A stretch of 45,635 nucleotides of DNA from an uncultured Collinsella sp. (GTDB taxonomy: Bacteria > Actinomycetota > Coriobacteriia > Coriobacteriales > Coriobacteriaceae), in the NCBI GenBank assembly GCA_900545995.1, contig URBM01000001.1, positions 1-45,635 on the forward strand, given 5' to 3'. Positions within the stretch are counted from its first letter, which is position 1; every line of letters begins with the position of its first letter. The notes under the pieces are model-generated. The model saw only the letters and a list, made by a program, of their open reading frames with translations, had not been told where the DNA came from and did no database searches. The position numbers were made by a program, and so were the translations under genes. Positions 9,085 through 17,585 of the stretch are shown here, piece after piece.

Positions 9085-9290
9085 ATGGCCTCCCCCTCGG
9101 CACTCACATTACCAGCCGCGGCGCCTGCCCGGCACTTTCCTATCAGCCGTCGGGGGCGGCGCGTCCCGCGCCGGCAGCACCCAACGGGCCCTCTCGGGGG
9201 CAGGGACGTTCGGCCGTGCGCGGGCGCCCGGTCGGCGGCCCGTTCTGGGCGCGCCTCAATCGTAGCCCGAGACGGTCCCGGGCTGACAAT
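9085..9290 (-). ncRNA. Predicted IS110 bridge RNA (ends approximate)
   Basis: Target guides GAACGUCCC (9211-9203) and GUUGGG (9185-9180) flank a hairpin. Donor guides AUAGGAA (9143-9137) and GUAAUGUG (9112-9105) flank a second hairpin. All four match the real target or the circle junction. Confidence 0.75.
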
Positions 9291-9393
9291 TTCGACTGTA
9301 ATGGACGTTCCTCATGACAAGGTGGCACTTGGGGACGTTCCTTTTCTGCCGGCAGTTGGGGACACTCCTTGCACCGGCGTCGCATCGAGCGGT

Positions 9394-9567
9394 CGGGAAA
9401 ATGCGGCCCGGTTTTTGGCCGAATTCCGGGTCGCGGTTTCCGGATGGGGTGGGTAGCGGAAAATGCGACCCGGAATATTGCTCCAAAACGGGATGTCGTT
9501 TCCCCGACGCGCCTCAAACGGAAAGCGCGTCCCAATCCGGAGCTCCAAAACGGGATGCGCTTTCCGC
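9394..9567. repeat. 62-bp-period array of three imperfect palindromes (family P2)
   Basis: Units start at 9394, 9456 and 9518: CGGAAA-TGCG-CCC...CGGG-TGCG-TTTCC; sister array at 24391. Confidence 0.75.
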
Positions 9568-9606
9568 GCGGCAGAATCGCTGCGTTCGTGCTGGGCGGCG
9601 GCTTCG

Positions 9607-10275
9607 TTACTCGCCCAGCACCAGCGCCGCGAGCTCTGCCTGGGTGTCAACCACGTAGTCGGCGCCGGCGGCTTCCAGCTCTGCGCGGCCGCGGAAGCCC
9701 CAGCTGACGCCCGCGCTCTTAAGGCCGGCGTTGTGGCCGGTTAGGATATCGACATTGGAATCGCCCACGTAGAGCGTGGTCACCGGGTCGGCGCCCAGCT
9801 CTTCCATCACATGCAGCGTGACGGGTGCTTCGGGCTTGGGCGGAAACGCATCGACGCGGCCCTGTACCAGCGCAAAGCGCTCGGAACCAAAATACTTCTC
9901 GATAAGCGGAGCCGCCGAGACGTGGTCCTTGTTGGTGAGCACGGCAAGCTGCACGCCCGCGGCGCGCAGGCGGTCAAGCATCTCGATTGTGCCAGCATAG
10001 GGGGCGGTGTGGTCCTCCTTGTGCTCGCCGTAGTAAGCCCTAAACTCGGCAAGCGTCTGCTCAAACATACGGCCGTCGCCCGCATACTCGGCAGGCATAA
10101 AGCGCTCAACCAGCTTGAGCATGCCGTTTCCCACCTTGTAGCGGTACTCGTCTACGGCAAACGTGGGCCAGCCGTGCATCTCGCAGGTATGGTTGCCGGC
10201 GGCCGCCAGGTCCTCGAGCGTGTTGAGAATGGTGCCGTCCAGGTCAAAGATCACATGGGAAAAAGCTGCTGCCAT
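9607..10275 (-). CDS. HAD-superfamily phosphatase (phosphoglycolate phosphatase-like)
   Basis: FDLDGT motif I, LTNK, KPEAP, YVGDSNVD. Confidence 0.9.
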   Translation of the reverse strand: MAAAFSHVIFDLDGTILNTLEDLAAAGNHTCEMHGWPTFAVDEYRYKVGNGMLKLVERFMPAEYAGDGRMFEQTLAEFRAYYGEHKEDHTAPYAGTIEMLDRLRAAGVQLAVLTNKDHVSAAPLIEKYFGSERFALVQGRVDAFPPKPEAPVTLHVMEELGADPVTTLYVGDSNVDILTGHNAGLKSAGVSWGFRGRAELEAAGADYVVDTQAELAALVLGE

Positions 10276-10380
10276 GGGTGCTCCTGCCGCTTGAGTTGTA
10301 AAACGCACCCCATGATACTGGGCATGCGTGCCGGGCATGTTTGGAATCTGAATATCTTTAATAGCCCTGAGCCTTTGTCG

Positions 10381-11415
10381 TTAGCAAATCCTCGGCAGCT
10401 GCTCTCCCACGAGCATGTCGAGTATGCGGGTCGAGCCCCAGCCGGTGCGTACGCGCACGGCGGGGCGGGCGTCCTCGGCAAGCGGCAGCACGCGACCGAT
10501 GATGGCGGCATTCTCGCCGTAGCGGGCGGCGCGCATGGCGGCCAGTGCCGCATCTGCCTGTTCGGCCGGCACCACGGCGACCATCTTGCCCTCGTTTGCC
10601 ACCTGCAACACATCATAGCCGAGCATCTCGCAGGCTGCCTGCACGTCGGGGCGTACGGGCACGGCATCCTCGTCGACCTCCATGGCAACGCCGCTGGCCT
10701 GGGCAAACTCGTTGAGCGTGGACGCCAGGCCACCGCGAGTGGGGTCGCGGAAGCAGCGTGTGTCGGGTGCTGCGGCAAGCACATCGGCAATCAGGTGGTT
10801 GAGCGGCGCGGCGTCGCTTTCGATGGTGCTCGAAAACGCCAGACCCTCGCGCTGACTCATGATGGCGATACCGTGGTCGCCGAGTGTACCCGACACCAGG
10901 ATGACATCGCCAGGCTGGCAGTTGGCGCCGCTGAGCGCCACGCCCTCGGGCACCTCGCCCACGCCGGCGGTATTGATGTAGACGCCGTCGGCCCCGCCGC
11001 GCTCGACCACCTTGGTGTCGCCCGTGATGATCGCCACGTCCGCCTCGCGCGCCGTTTCGGCCATGGTCTGCACGATTTGACGCAGCTTGTCCATGGGGTA
11101 GCCCTCTTCGAGGATAAAACCGCATGAGAGGTAGCGCACGTTGGCGCCCGAGGTCGCGACGTCGTTAACGGTTCCGCACACGGCGAGTCGGCCGATATTG
11201 CCGCCGGGGAAGAACTGCGGCGAGACTACAAAGCTGTCGGTCGACATGGCGATGCGCCCGCTCGCGGGCAGCGCAGCGACGCCGGCATCGTTGCCCTCGA
11301 GCAGTTCGGGCGACCCAAAGGCATCCAAAAAGACCTCATCGATGATGCGTTTCATCATCTGGCCGCCAGAGCCGTGGCCCAACAGGACAGTGCTATCGGT
11401 GGCAGTACGGGACAT
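10381..11415 (-). CDS. hypE: Hydrogenase maturation protein HypE
   Basis: GHGSGG, GDTKVV, RDPTRGG and C-terminal GEQLPRIC. Confidence 0.96.
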   Translation of the reverse strand: MSRTATDSTVLLGHGSGGQMMKRIIDEVFLDAFGSPELLEGNDAGVAALPASGRIAMSTDSFVVSPQFFPGGNIGRLAVCGTVNDVATSGANVRYLSCGFILEEGYPMDKLRQIVQTMAETAREADVAIITGDTKVVERGGADGVYINTAGVGEVPEGVALSGANCQPGDVILVSGTLGDHGIAIMSQREGLAFSSTIESDAAPLNHLIADVLAAAPDTRCFRDPTRGGLASTLNEFAQASGVAMEVDEDAVPVRPDVQAACEMLGYDVLQVANEGKMVAVVPAEQADAALAAMRAARYGENAAIIGRVLPLAEDARPAVRVRTGWGSTRILDMLVGEQLPRIC

Positions 11416-11447
11416 ATCGAAAACTCCAATCGAGGACGGAATTATAT

Positions 11448-11499
11448 GGGTGAGGTGCAGCGTCGACCGGCCCGCCGTTCGTTAGAACGGCGGAACCTA
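11448..11499 (-). repeat. Family S 5' module (partial) after the hypD stop
   Basis: Minus strand TAGGTTCCGCCGTTCTAACGAACGGCGG..CGACGCTGC nearly matches 44913-44955. Confidence 0.65.
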
Positions 11500-12612
11500 A
11501 TAGTCGCGGTAGCGGTAGTACGCCGCGCAGCTGCCTTCGGAACTCACCATGCACGGGCCGACGGGGTGCTCGGGCGTGCAGGTGCGGCCAAAGAGCGGGC
11601 AGCTGCTCGGCGTAATGGCCCCGCGCAGCACGTCGCCGCAGCGGCACCCGCGTGGCTCGACCGTCGGCTCGATGGACACGTCAAAGCGCATGCTGGCATC
11701 AAAGTGCGAAAACTCGGGACGAATGGCGAGTCCCGAAGCCGCAATCGATCCCAGCCCGCGCCACGTGGTATCGCACGGCTCAAATACCTGCTCGACCAGC
11801 TGGCGCGCCACAGGATTGCCGTCGGCATTGACGCCGCGACGGTAGGCGTTGTCGATCGCGGGTTGCCCCTCAACAACCATCTGGACCAGCATGCAGATAC
11901 CCTGCAAGATGTCAACCGGCTCAAATCCCGTTACCACGCCTGGAGTCTTAAACTCGTCGACCAAAAAGCCAAAGGGGGCCAAGCCCGTGATGGTGGCGAC
12001 GTGGCCCGGCAGGATAAAGCCGTCGATGGCGGTCTCGGGGTCGTTAGCGATGGCGCGCAACGCCGGCGGCGTGGTCTTGTGGGCGCAATAGACCGAGAAA
12101 TTCAAAAGCCCGCGCGCCTCGGCCTCCAAGATGGCGGCGGCGATGGTGGGCGTCGTAGTCTCAAAGCCCACGCCCATAAAAATGACCGGGCGATCGGGGT
12201 TTTGCTCGGCAATGTCGAGCGCGTCGAGCGGGGAATAGACGATGCGGATGTCGCGTCCTGCCGCCTTTTGCGCAGCGAGCGAGGTGGATGATCCGGGCAC
12301 GCGCATCATGTCGCCAAAGGTGGTGATGATGGCTCCGCCTATGTTGGCGAGCGCGATTGCGTGGTCGATGTCGCGGTTGGCGGTGACGCAGACGGGGCAG
12401 CCCGGGCCGCTCAGCAGCTTGAGCCCGGCCGGCATAATGGAGCGAAAGCCATAGCGCCCGATGCTCACGGTATGCGTGCCGCAGACTTCCATAAGGTTGA
12501 TGGCGCGGTCGCCGACAAGCTCATGAATGCGCTCGATGAGCTCGCGAGCCAGCTTGGGATCGCGGAATGCCGAGAAATCGATACCGGAGCGAGCCGGCTG
12601 CTCGGGCGCCAC
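11497..12612 (-). CDS. hypD: Hydrogenase maturation protein HypD
   Basis: MEVCGTHT, GPGCPVC, GFETT, PGHV and GPCMVSSEGSC. Confidence 0.96.
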   Translation of the reverse strand: MAPEQPARSGIDFSAFRDPKLARELIERIHELVGDRAINLMEVCGTHTVSIGRYGFRSIMPAGLKLLSGPGCPVCVTANRDIDHAIALANIGGAIITTFGDMMRVPGSSTSLAAQKAAGRDIRIVYSPLDALDIAEQNPDRPVIFMGVGFETTTPTIAAAILEAEARGLLNFSVYCAHKTTPPALRAIANDPETAIDGFILPGHVATITGLAPFGFLVDEFKTPGVVTGFEPVDILQGICMLVQMVVEGQPAIDNAYRRGVNADGNPVARQLVEQVFEPCDTTWRGLGSIAASGLAIRPEFSHFDASMRFDVSIEPTVEPRGCRCGDVLRGAITPSSCPLFGRTCTPEHPVGPCMVSSEGSCAAYYRYRDY

Positions 12613-12872
12613 TAGTAAGCCTCCGCCGGGTTGGTGGCCAGCTGGTCTTCTTCGACCAGCTCGGACATGGCATTAACAAGCTCGAGCGTTTCCTGTGCTT
12701 CCTGCTCGTCGACAATCTGGATGCCAAAGCCGGCGTGTACGAGAATATAGTCGCCAACCTGCGCCGTCGGCACGAGCCGCAGCGACACGGGGCGCTCGAT
12801 GCCCATCATGTCGACGGTGGCCTTGAGGCCGTCGTCGCGTTTGACTACTTTACCGGGAACGGCAAGGCACAT
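12612..12872 (-). CDS. hypC: Hydrogenase chaperone HypC
   Basis: MCLAVPG N-terminus and VGDYILVHAGF; stop overlaps the hypD start. Confidence 0.95.
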   Translation of the reverse strand: MCLAVPGKVVKRDDGLKATVDMMGIERPVSLRLVPTAQVGDYILVHAGFGIQIVDEQEAQETLELVNAMSELVEEDQLATNPAEAY

Positions 12873-13003
12873 ATTGTTCCCCTTGTATACGCTTTGCGCT
12901 GGATGAGCGCTCAATAATCCATCAGTTGATGGTAGCGCTCGCGGGGTTCGCGGGCAAACGCGTTACGCCTGTGAGACGGCGGCTTGCGGGCTGGCCGAAC
13001 AGC

Positions 13004-15475
13004 CTATTGTGGCGCGACCTGTGCGAGGCGAGTGCGTGCGACTGCTGCCTGACCGTAGGCGATGCAGCCGTCATTGACGGGTACGGTGTGGGGGACAAGG
13101 ACAGTAAAGCCTGCGCTTTTGAGCTCGCGGGTGAGAAGCTGAAGCAGAAGTCGGTTCATGAACACGCCGCCCGAGAGCGCGACGGTGTCGATGCCCTCGT
13201 GCACGCAGATATCGCTGGCGATGCGCGCCGAGGAGCGCGCGACGGCGACATGGAAATCGAGTGCGAGCCTGTCGGCGGGCGCTCCGGCTTCAATTCCTCC
13301 CAAAAGTGCCTCAAAGAGTGCTTTCTGGTCCAGAACATAGAGGCCGTCCAGCCACGATGGGTCAGATGCGGAATAGCCGGCGTTGTCGTCGGGAAAATGG
13401 GCGATTTCGCTGTCGAGCGCGCGCCAGGCGGCGGCTTCGAGCTCGATGGCGGGTTCGCCCTCGTAGGTTGCCTGGCCGCAAATGCCCAAAATCGCGGCTG
13501 CGGCATCAAACAGGCGACCCATGCTGCTAGTGCGCGGACTGTTGATGCCGCGCTCGATCATCGTTGCCGTTATGCTGCGCGTTTGCTCGTCAAGGCTGTT
13601 CAAGAGCCCCACAGCTCCCGGGTGCTCGAGCAGGTCGAGCTCGCTGAGCAGGGCAAAGGCGTTGCGGCGGGCATCGTGTACGGATGCGGCGCCACCGGGG
13701 AGCGCCCAGGTGCGCAGATGCGCGACGCGCTCAAAATCGGCGAGACGGGAGATAAGAAACTCACCGCCCCATATGGTGCCATCGGTGCCGGCGCCCGTGC
13801 CGTCGAAGGCGATGCCGAGGACGCGTGCATCGGGCGCAAGCCGGCCTGCGACAATCGCCTCTGCCATTACGCTCGCGATGTGCGCATGATGGTGCTGGAC
13901 TTCGATAAGCGGCAGATTGTGCTCCCGTGCCTGCTCGCGCGCCCATTGGCTCGACAGATAGCTGGGATGCATGTCGCATGCCAAGGCGGCAGCCGCCAGG
14001 TCAAAGAGGTTTTCCAGACGCGTGCGTGCGGCGCTCCAAGCATCGAAAGTCGCGCCGTTTTCGACATCGCCGATATGCTGCGACACAAAACAGGTCGTAT
14101 GACCGTTGGCGTCCTCGCGCGTGAGCGCGATCGTGGCTTTTTGCTGCGGACCGCAGGCGAGCACGCAGGGCGTGGTGCCGTTGAGCTCCGGCAACGACAG
14201 CGGCTGCGGCGCATATCCGCGTGCGCGACGCACGGGCATGACGTCGCCGTCGACCACGCGTACCACGGAGTCGTCGTAGCGCGACAGAATTGCGCGGTCG
14301 TTGCCGAGCAACGCGTCGGCGATGCCGGCGGCAACGAGATGCTCCCATGCAAGGGCATCGTCGGTCTCGATGGGCTCTTCGCTCAGGTTTCCGCTGGTCA
14401 TGACGAGTGCGCTCATGCCGCGCGCCGCGGCCGCGGCGAGCAGTAAATGTTGAAGCGGGGTGTAGGGGAGCATGACGCCGAGCTCGGGCAAGTCGTGCGC
14501 GACGGATGGCGCGAGCTCAGGGGCGTCGGGGGAGCCGTAGGCGTCGTTGCCGGTTGCGCGGCGACGCAGCAGCACGATGGGACGAACGCTGCCGGCAAGA
14601 AGATTACGCTCAACGCCATCGATGTGACACAGGCGCTCGGCGTCGGCAAGGTCGCGCACCATAACGGCAAGCGGCTTATTGCTGCGACGCTTGCGACGGC
14701 GCAGCTCGCGTACCGCTTGTTCGTTGGTGGCATCGCAGGCCAGGTGGAATCCGCCCAGACCCTTGATGGCGACGATGCCGCCGCCAGCCAGCAGCTCGAC
14801 GCAGCGTTCGATGATGGCATCGCTGGCCTCGCGCGTGGAGCCGACGGCTGGTGTCGCGTCGACCGCCGTTGGCACAACACCGCAATTGACCTCACGCCAC
14901 GTAATATGCGGTCCACAATCAAAGCAGGCATCGGGCTGCGCGTGAAATCGCCGATCGAGCGGATCGGCATACTCTGCGGCGCAGGTGGGGCACATGGGAA
15001 AGCGATTCATCGAGGTGGCCGCTCGGTCATAGGGCAGCGAGCGAATGATGGTAAAGCGCGGTCCGCAGTTGGTGCAGTTGATAAAGGGATAGTGAAAGCG
15101 TCGGTCGGCGGGGTCGAACAGCTCGCGCAGGCAGTCGTCGCACGTGGCGATGTCGGGTGAGATGAGCGTCGTGTGGGCAGTTTGATCCTGTGACGCCACA
15201 ATGCGAAAACCCTGCTCGTTAGCGGCGTCCCAGTTGCCGGGTGCTAGGTCCATAACCTCGACATGCTCAACGCGGGTCGCGGCAGGCGCGTGCTCCGACA
15301 GCGCGGCGACAAAGCCGTCGAGCGCCTCGACCGAAGCGTGCGCCTCGATATGCACGCCGTCGCCCGCGTTGAGCACCCAGCCGCAAATGCCGTGCGCCAT
15401 GGCCTCGCGATACACAAACGGTCGCATGCCGACACCCTGCACAATGCCCGTTACATGGATATGCGCATGTCGCAT
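13004..15475 (-). CDS. hypF: Carbamoyltransferase HypF
   Basis: GIVQGVGMRPF acylphosphatase domain, two CxxC-x18-CxxC fingers, KGLGGFHL, QHHHAH and NDGCIAYGQ; AAGGAGG RBS. Confidence 0.96.
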   Translation of the reverse strand: MRHAHIHVTGIVQGVGMRPFVYREAMAHGICGWVLNAGDGVHIEAHASVEALDGFVAALSEHAPAATRVEHVEVMDLAPGNWDAANEQGFRIVASQDQTAHTTLISPDIATCDDCLRELFDPADRRFHYPFINCTNCGPRFTIIRSLPYDRAATSMNRFPMCPTCAAEYADPLDRRFHAQPDACFDCGPHITWREVNCGVVPTAVDATPAVGSTREASDAIIERCVELLAGGGIVAIKGLGGFHLACDATNEQAVRELRRRKRRSNKPLAVMVRDLADAERLCHIDGVERNLLAGSVRPIVLLRRRATGNDAYGSPDAPELAPSVAHDLPELGVMLPYTPLQHLLLAAAAARGMSALVMTSGNLSEEPIETDDALAWEHLVAAGIADALLGNDRAILSRYDDSVVRVVDGDVMPVRRARGYAPQPLSLPELNGTTPCVLACGPQQKATIALTREDANGHTTCFVSQHIGDVENGATFDAWSAARTRLENLFDLAAAALACDMHPSYLSSQWAREQAREHNLPLIEVQHHHAHIASVMAEAIVAGRLAPDARVLGIAFDGTGAGTDGTIWGGEFLISRLADFERVAHLRTWALPGGAASVHDARRNAFALLSELDLLEHPGAVGLLNSLDEQTRSITATMIERGINSPRTSSMGRLFDAAAAILGICGQATYEGEPAIELEAAAWRALDSEIAHFPDDNAGYSASDPSWLDGLYVLDQKALFEALLGGIEAGAPADRLALDFHVAVARSSARIASDICVHEGIDTVALSGGVFMNRLLLQLLTRELKSAGFTVLVPHTVPVNDGCIAYGQAAVARTRLAQVAPQ

Positions 15476-15504
15476 GCGACCCTCCTTCGTTGAAATGTGT
15501 GCTG

Positions 15505-16017
15505 TTACAGCCCCAAGCTCTGCTTGGTGGCGGCGCACGTGAGCTCGCCGTGCTTAACGCCGCGCAGGCCCAGCAGACGGTCAGCCAGCTCGTAGACACG
15601 TTCGCCGCGACCCTTGAGCGCCAGAATCTCCAAGCAGTTGTGGTGATCCAGATGCACGTGCATGGTCGATACGATCTCGTCGGTGTAGTCGTGCTGCACT
15701 TCGTCCAGACGGCGCGTCAGGTCGCCGGTATGGTGGTCGTAGATCATGGTGAGCGACCCGATAACATGCTCATCGGGCGTGCGCATCTGCTCCTTGGCGA
15801 TCGAGGCGCGAATCAGGTCGCGCACGGCCTCGGAGCGGTTGGCCACGTCGCCGCGGCGCGCGATCTGTTCGTCAAAACGGCGCAGCAGGTCGTCCGGTGC
15901 GGTAACCGAAAAGCGGACCAGCTCGGAGCCGGAGCCACTACAGTGGCAGCCTGCGTCACCATCCGCCCCGTGCGGATGCTCGTGCTCGTACCCGCAGCCG
16001 TGCTCATGTTCGGCCAC
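15505..16017 (-). CDS. nikR: Nickel-responsive regulator NikR with a His/Cys-rich N-terminal extension
   Basis: RFSVT..NRSEAVRDLIR ribbon-helix-helix; YDHH and HVHLDHHNCLE nickel site. Confidence 0.93.
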   Translation of the reverse strand: MAEHEHGCGYEHEHPHGADGDAGCHCSGSGSELVRFSVTAPDDLLRRFDEQIARRGDVANRSEAVRDLIRASIAKEQMRTPDEHVIGSLTMIYDHHTGDLTRRLDEVQHDYTDEIVSTMHVHLDHHNCLEILALKGRGERVYELADRLLGLRGVKHGELTCAATKQSLGL

Positions 16018-16018
16018 G

Positions 16019-16267
16019 TTACACCAGCTTCACGGAGCCGACGGAGTTGTGGTCGGCCTCGATGGCTTCCTCGTAGCCCTCGAGCGCGTCATGCGCCTCG
16101 TGCAGCGCGGCCATGGCGGCCTCGAGCTTGGCGCCGATGCGCTCCATGTCAAAATTCTCGGTCGCATGCAGCAGCTGATGGCTCCACTCATGAGCGAGCT
16201 CGATGGTGTCGTCGACCTGTTTGACGCTCATGGCAAGCTGGCTCATGTTCATTCCAACATCATGCAT
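16019..16267 (-). CDS. 82-aa His/Glu-rich helical protein of unknown function, first gene of the nikR-hyp run
   Basis: AAGGAG RBS; host-like codon usage; ends 1 nt before the nikR GTG. Confidence 0.75.
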   Translation of the reverse strand: MHDVGMNMSQLAMSVKQVDDTIELAHEWSHQLLHATENFDMERIGAKLEAAMAALHEAHDALEGYEEAIEADHNSVGSVKLV

Positions 16268-16339
16268 GGAAAATCTCCTTTTGTATGGGGCAGTTCAGTG
16301 GTTCAGATTTTACTACGCCCGCTCTGCGCGCAGCTGCAT

Positions 16340-16377
16340 AAGAAAACGGGTACGAGTCTGTGCGACCCGCACCCGTT
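16340..16377 (-). terminator. Intrinsic terminator downstream of trxA
   Basis: Minus strand AACGGGTGCGGGTC-GCACA-GACTCGTACCCGTT followed by TTCTT. Confidence 0.6.
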
Positions 16378-16488
16378 CACTGGGGGCTGTTTGTGACTAC
16401 CATACTATCCGTGGTTGCACTCGGTGCATCCAGAAGTCCGGCGAGCGGTGCAAAAGCGCTCATGGACGGCGGGTAAGTAACAAGCGTA

Positions 16489-16809
16489 TTACAGATGCTT
16501 CTCCAGCAGCGCCTGCAGCCTCGTCTTGGGCAGAGCGCCAACCGAGCGGTCAATCTCCTCGCCGTTCTTAAACACAACCAGCGTGGGGATGCTCATGACG
16601 CCATACTTCATGGCCAGGTCCTGGTTGTCGTCGACGTTGCATTTGGCAACGGCAAGCTTGCCCGCCAGCTCATCGGCAACCTCGTCAACGATGGGCGAGA
16701 GGGAGCGGCAGGGACCGCACCACGGTGCCCAAAAATCGACCAGCACGGGCAGGCTGTCGTTAACGACGGAATCGAAGTTCTCGGGGGTAATCTGCTTAAT
16801 GTCAGCCAT
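16489..16809 (-). CDS. trxA: Thioredoxin
   Basis: DFWAPWCGPC and SIPTL; GGAGG RBS; 106 aa. Confidence 0.96.
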   Translation of the reverse strand: MADIKQITPENFDSVVNDSLPVLVDFWAPWCGPCRSLSPIVDEVADELAGKLAVAKCNVDDNQDLAMKYGVMSIPTLVVFKNGEEIDRSVGALPKTRLQALLEKHL

Positions 16810-16945
16810 GGTGACCTCCATAATGCGACGCGGCTCAGCCGCGTAAAACTCAGTACGACCGTGCTTATACCCAGCCGCCCGCAAAGCAACCACTCGCGGG
16901 CAGCTCTTTTATATAATGGTGGGAACGCAAACGATTGGAGAGCGC

Positions 16946-17521
16946 ATGCCCACGTCACAAAGCCAGAAAAAAGAAGCCATCGCCCAGGCGACCGAGCAGG
17001 AGCTCGCATCGCTCGCGGGTCGTGGCGTGCGTATCGCGGGCAACGCGTGCTCGCCGATCGTGCTGGTCAAAGGCGATTTGGACGAGGCCGAGCGTTCGGG
17101 TGGCGAGCTTGCCGCCGGCCCGGATGGCGCGGCGTTGCGCAAGGCGCTTGGGGCCATCGGCTACGCGCCCGAGGATTTTTGCGTGCTGGCAAGCGTCGCC
17201 GGCGTGGGTGACGGAGCGGTCGCGGTGGGCGAGACTCTGCCGTGCGAGCTGTTCCGTGAGGCGCTTGAGGCTTTGGACCCCGAGGCGGTGCTACTGCTCG
17301 ACAACAACGCGGCTGACGCCATGCGCGAGACCTACGCCGATATGCTCGTGGCGATCGATGACTTCGACACCGCCATGCTCAGGCCCGGCTTGGTCGCCCA
17401 TGTGCAGGGTCGCCGCGTGCTCGCGCTCGACGGTTTCGAGGCGGCGCTCACCGACAAGGCCGCTAAGCAGCGCATGTGGGCCTACATCAAGCAGCTGACT
17501 CCGGCGGCCGCCCCGCTGTAG
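16946..17521 (+). CDS. Hypothetical protein resembling a degenerate family-4 uracil-DNA glycosylase fold
   Basis: IVLVKGDLDEAERSGGELAAGPDGAALRKALGAIGY, LDPEAVLLLD and AAKQRMWAYIKQL parallel family-4 UDG segments; catalytic motifs are absent. Confidence 0.6.
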   Translation: MPTSQSQKKEAIAQATEQELASLAGRGVRIAGNACSPIVLVKGDLDEAERSGGELAAGPDGAALRKALGAIGYAPEDFCVLASVAGVGDGAVAVGETLPCELFREALEALDPEAVLLLDNNAADAMRETYADMLVAIDDFDTAMLRPGLVAHVQGRRVLALDGFEAALTDKAAKQRMWAYIKQLTPAAAPL

Positions 17522-17585
17522 CGGATTGGCGCCGGCGAGCGATTGCCTGGCGGGCAAGACGCGCCTCGAGATCGGCGCCGCACTT

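Larger units (their letters stand above)
8172..9303 (-). mobile_element. IS110-family insertion sequence (1132 bp, defective transposase, intact ends)
   Basis: DEDD N-terminal and C-terminal IS110 domains; very high GC; boundaries defined by the split 30-bp repeat with one shared G; short subterminal TTGTCA/TGACAA inverted repeat. Confidence 0.9.
8120..9341. repeat. Three tandem 30-bp units (TCATGACAAGGTGGCAGTTGGGGACGTTCC); the middle unit is split by IS110
   Basis: Units at 8120-8149, 8150-8171 plus 9304-9311 (together exactly 30 nt), and 9312-9341. Confidence 0.85.

Noticed and set aside
8073..9107. 344-aa ORF as an intact transposase
   Set aside because: Its C-terminal part is off-frame and runs out of the IS. 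The listed start lies within the predicted bridge RNA; GTG 9053 has the RBS.
9394..9567. CRISPR interpretation of the 62-bp arrays (also 24391-24564)
   Set aside because: Repeats are too degenerate, linkers are only about 14 nt, and no cas genes are present.
16268..16488. NiCo riboswitch or E. coli-type NikR box upstream of the nikR cluster
   Set aside because: The GTATGG/TACTAC half-sites are 22 nt apart rather than 16, and no four-way junction is evident; only a terminator is supported.
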